In this document: in pieces, positions 61,761-64,000 of the stretch | How the letters are laid out: every line of letters starts with the position of its first letter | Position numbering within the stretch: position 1 is the stretch's first letter | NCBI RefSeq assembly: GCF_018350175.1 | Contig: NC_058386.1 | Coordinates: 126,480,001 to 126,544,000, forward strand | Source of the DNA: Felis catus | Taxonomy: Eukaryota | Length of the DNA: 64,000 nucleotides | Reading direction: 5' to 3' | Notes under the pieces: generated by a model | Database searches by the model: none | Seen by the model: the letters and a program-made list of their open reading frames with translations, nothing else | What the model was told of the DNA's origin: nothing | Program-made: the position numbers and the translations under genes

Positions 61761-64000
61761 TATTATCTTACCCACATTTCCATGAGGTTTGCTCCTTCAC
61801 TTCTTTCAAGTCTTTGCTCAAGTGTCTACTCCTCAACAAGGATGTTCCTGGCTACTGTCACTAAAATGAACCCCCACCCCTATCTCCTGTCTCTCTTCCA
61901 TGCTCCTTTTCCCTTAGTAATCATTGCCATCTAACATACTATTTATTCACCCTATGTATTGTCTGCTGCTTTTGCAGGACTGTAAGCTCCATGGGGCGGA
62001 AATTTCTGCCTGGATTGTTCACCACTGCAGGCCTAGTGCTTAGCAATAGTGGACATTCGGTTAATATTTGTGGAATAAATGCATGAATAAATCAGGATAG
62101 CTGGAGCTCAGTGAGAGAACAGTTCCTAGATGAGAAAGAGGTGGGCCACAGTAATGAATATGGATTTTAGCTTCAAGTGCAATGGAAGGCACAGGAAGGC
62201 ATCAAGAAAGGCAGTAAAATTATCTAATTTATGTTTTAAGATCAATCTGGAAACTGTATTTGAGGGGGACTGTGGTGAATTCAGAAACCAGTAACTTTAG
62301 TGTCAATAGCTTTCAGGAGAGAGATGATGATGGCTTGAACTAGTATTTCAGCAGTGGAAAAGGGGAAAAGTTGATGAATTCAAGAAATACTTAGAATGTA
62401 AGTGAGACAGTGCTGGTAAATGGAAGTGTGTGACCACACCCACGCTTGCGCTGTGTTTTTCTGTATTATACCAATTGCTTATAAGGAGAAAGCATTTGTG
62501 TATTATACACACAATAAGATGAATAAGAAATAGCAGAAGAAAGTTTAGATGAGCTTTATATGCTTTCTGAATGGGGAAGACTTCTCTAAGCCTACCAACA
62601 ATGGAATAATAATAACAGCCACAATTATTGGGTGATTAGTCTGTGTTCTAAGCATGAAATATGAATGAGCTCATCTCATTCTGAAAGATACCAACATTTT
62701 CATTGTGGTTGTTTTTAGTACGTGAAATGATTGATTGTTACTTTCTTCTCCAAACTTGCCCATATTTTCTTTATTTTCTACAGTGAGCATGGATTACCTT
62801 GGTAAGCAGAACACAAATTAAGAAAGTTACTCAGTAATTGTTCTTCAGCAAAACTTCTAATTAGTTCCCAAGTGAACTACTTTGTTGAAGTTTTAGTAGT
62901 TTTGTTCAATTCTTTGGAGGCCAATCTTTCCTTTGAAAGTGCTTCTAATTGGCACCTTTTCTTGATGCAATTAGGAGGGTTGTGATGAAGTCCCTGAAGT
63001 CACCAGATCTCAGGCCCAGGCTAACCACCTCGGGGCCAGTGCACACAGACTTTGAGCCATTCCAAAAAGCATCCTTTGTAAATTGCACACATAATGCTCA
63101 TCCTACCTGGAAAGTTATTCTCCAGGGCACAAGTGATAGCTTGGTTCATCAGCATTTAATCAATATTACATGAAGAAATATGTTGCTTTTCTACCTCTTC
63201 CAGGCACTCCCATATACAATCCCATATGTCTGTGAATACAAAAACCATGCATGCACAGCCAGATACTCAGGAGGGCTCAGCACTTCACAGCCCTCTTCTC
63301 TCTAGTGCCGGTGCTGGCCTGGCCACCTCTGCTGTGTAGTAGTCACAGCATTCATGTTTCTGAATCATAGAAGACTTGCTTGGAATGTAGTAAATATATT
63401 TAAAAAGACAGTAGGCACAATCTGTGATGACTATGGGTAAGAGGTGGCAGGGCCAGGGCGTACACATTCAAAGAAAGTGGTGATTAAATCAACATTGATC
63501 TCTTTGCCAGTTGCCAGATACTCAACATTTTTCTTGAATTCCTGAGCTTCAAGTCAGTATAGCCACATAAACTAGGCACATAAACTCCTGTAGGTGCCTG
63601 TAACCCAACTAACCTCCAACCAACCTCACTATATTTCCGCTGCTCTCCAAAGTCTTCTGTCTCCTTTTCCTGTCTTGATGACAGGTGTTCCCACAGCCAC
63701 TCATGCTCTCATCTTATGCCCTCCCATCAATCCCTGTAAGTGTATCATAGCCACCCTTCCCAGGCCACCTTAGGCCAAGTGTGCATTGTCTCTCACCATA
63801 CAGATTCCATGGCTCCTTCCCTCTGGGAACACCACCACCCCCCAGACCACTGAGGTGCGTAGGGTCATTTTGCCCCTGACCACTCCCTGCCCCACACCCT
63901 GTGGTCTCAGATGTGTCCCTCCTCCCTAGGATACTGTGTGCTGCCTGGAGTGGTGGGACTTCTTGTCTTTGCCCCTCTGCCTCCAGGCTGCATGTGCGTG

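Overview
Draft-assembly mammalian genomic DNA. Abundant Can-SINE/SINEC_Fc elements point to a felid, and the gene content points to distal Xq (Xq28-equivalent). The window is an ampliconic cancer/testis-antigen locus. It holds six 3-exon genes of the CTAG1(NY-ESO-1)/CTAG2/LAGE3 (Pcc1-domain) family, representing four strongly diverged paralogues. C (23745-24844,-) and D (51612-52726,-) are intact with ATG and AATAAA. A and B each occur twice (A/A', B/B') in the arms of a near-identical ~11 kb inverted repeat (4071-~14960 vs ~28700-39558). They keep open spliced frames but have GTG or ACG at the homologous start position and no AATAAA at the homologous site. Intron 1 of all six copies has U12 (minor spliceosome) signals. 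The palindrome arm is a mosaic of other Xq28 loci: PLXNA3 last exon plus 3'UTR, a LAGE3-like gene, SLC6A8 exons 4-5 and a CTAG gene. A longer intron-containing SLC6A8 pseudogene (exons 4-12) sits head-to-head with gene D. A second inverted repeat (1-3549 vs 17028-20592) is interleaved with the first. Also present: COX4I1 and ILK processed pseudogenes, an olfactory receptor pseudogene, a G-rich minisatellite at the inner arm ends, ERVL/MaLR/L1 fragments and four N gaps. Protein identifications are by recall of human sequences, not by database search.
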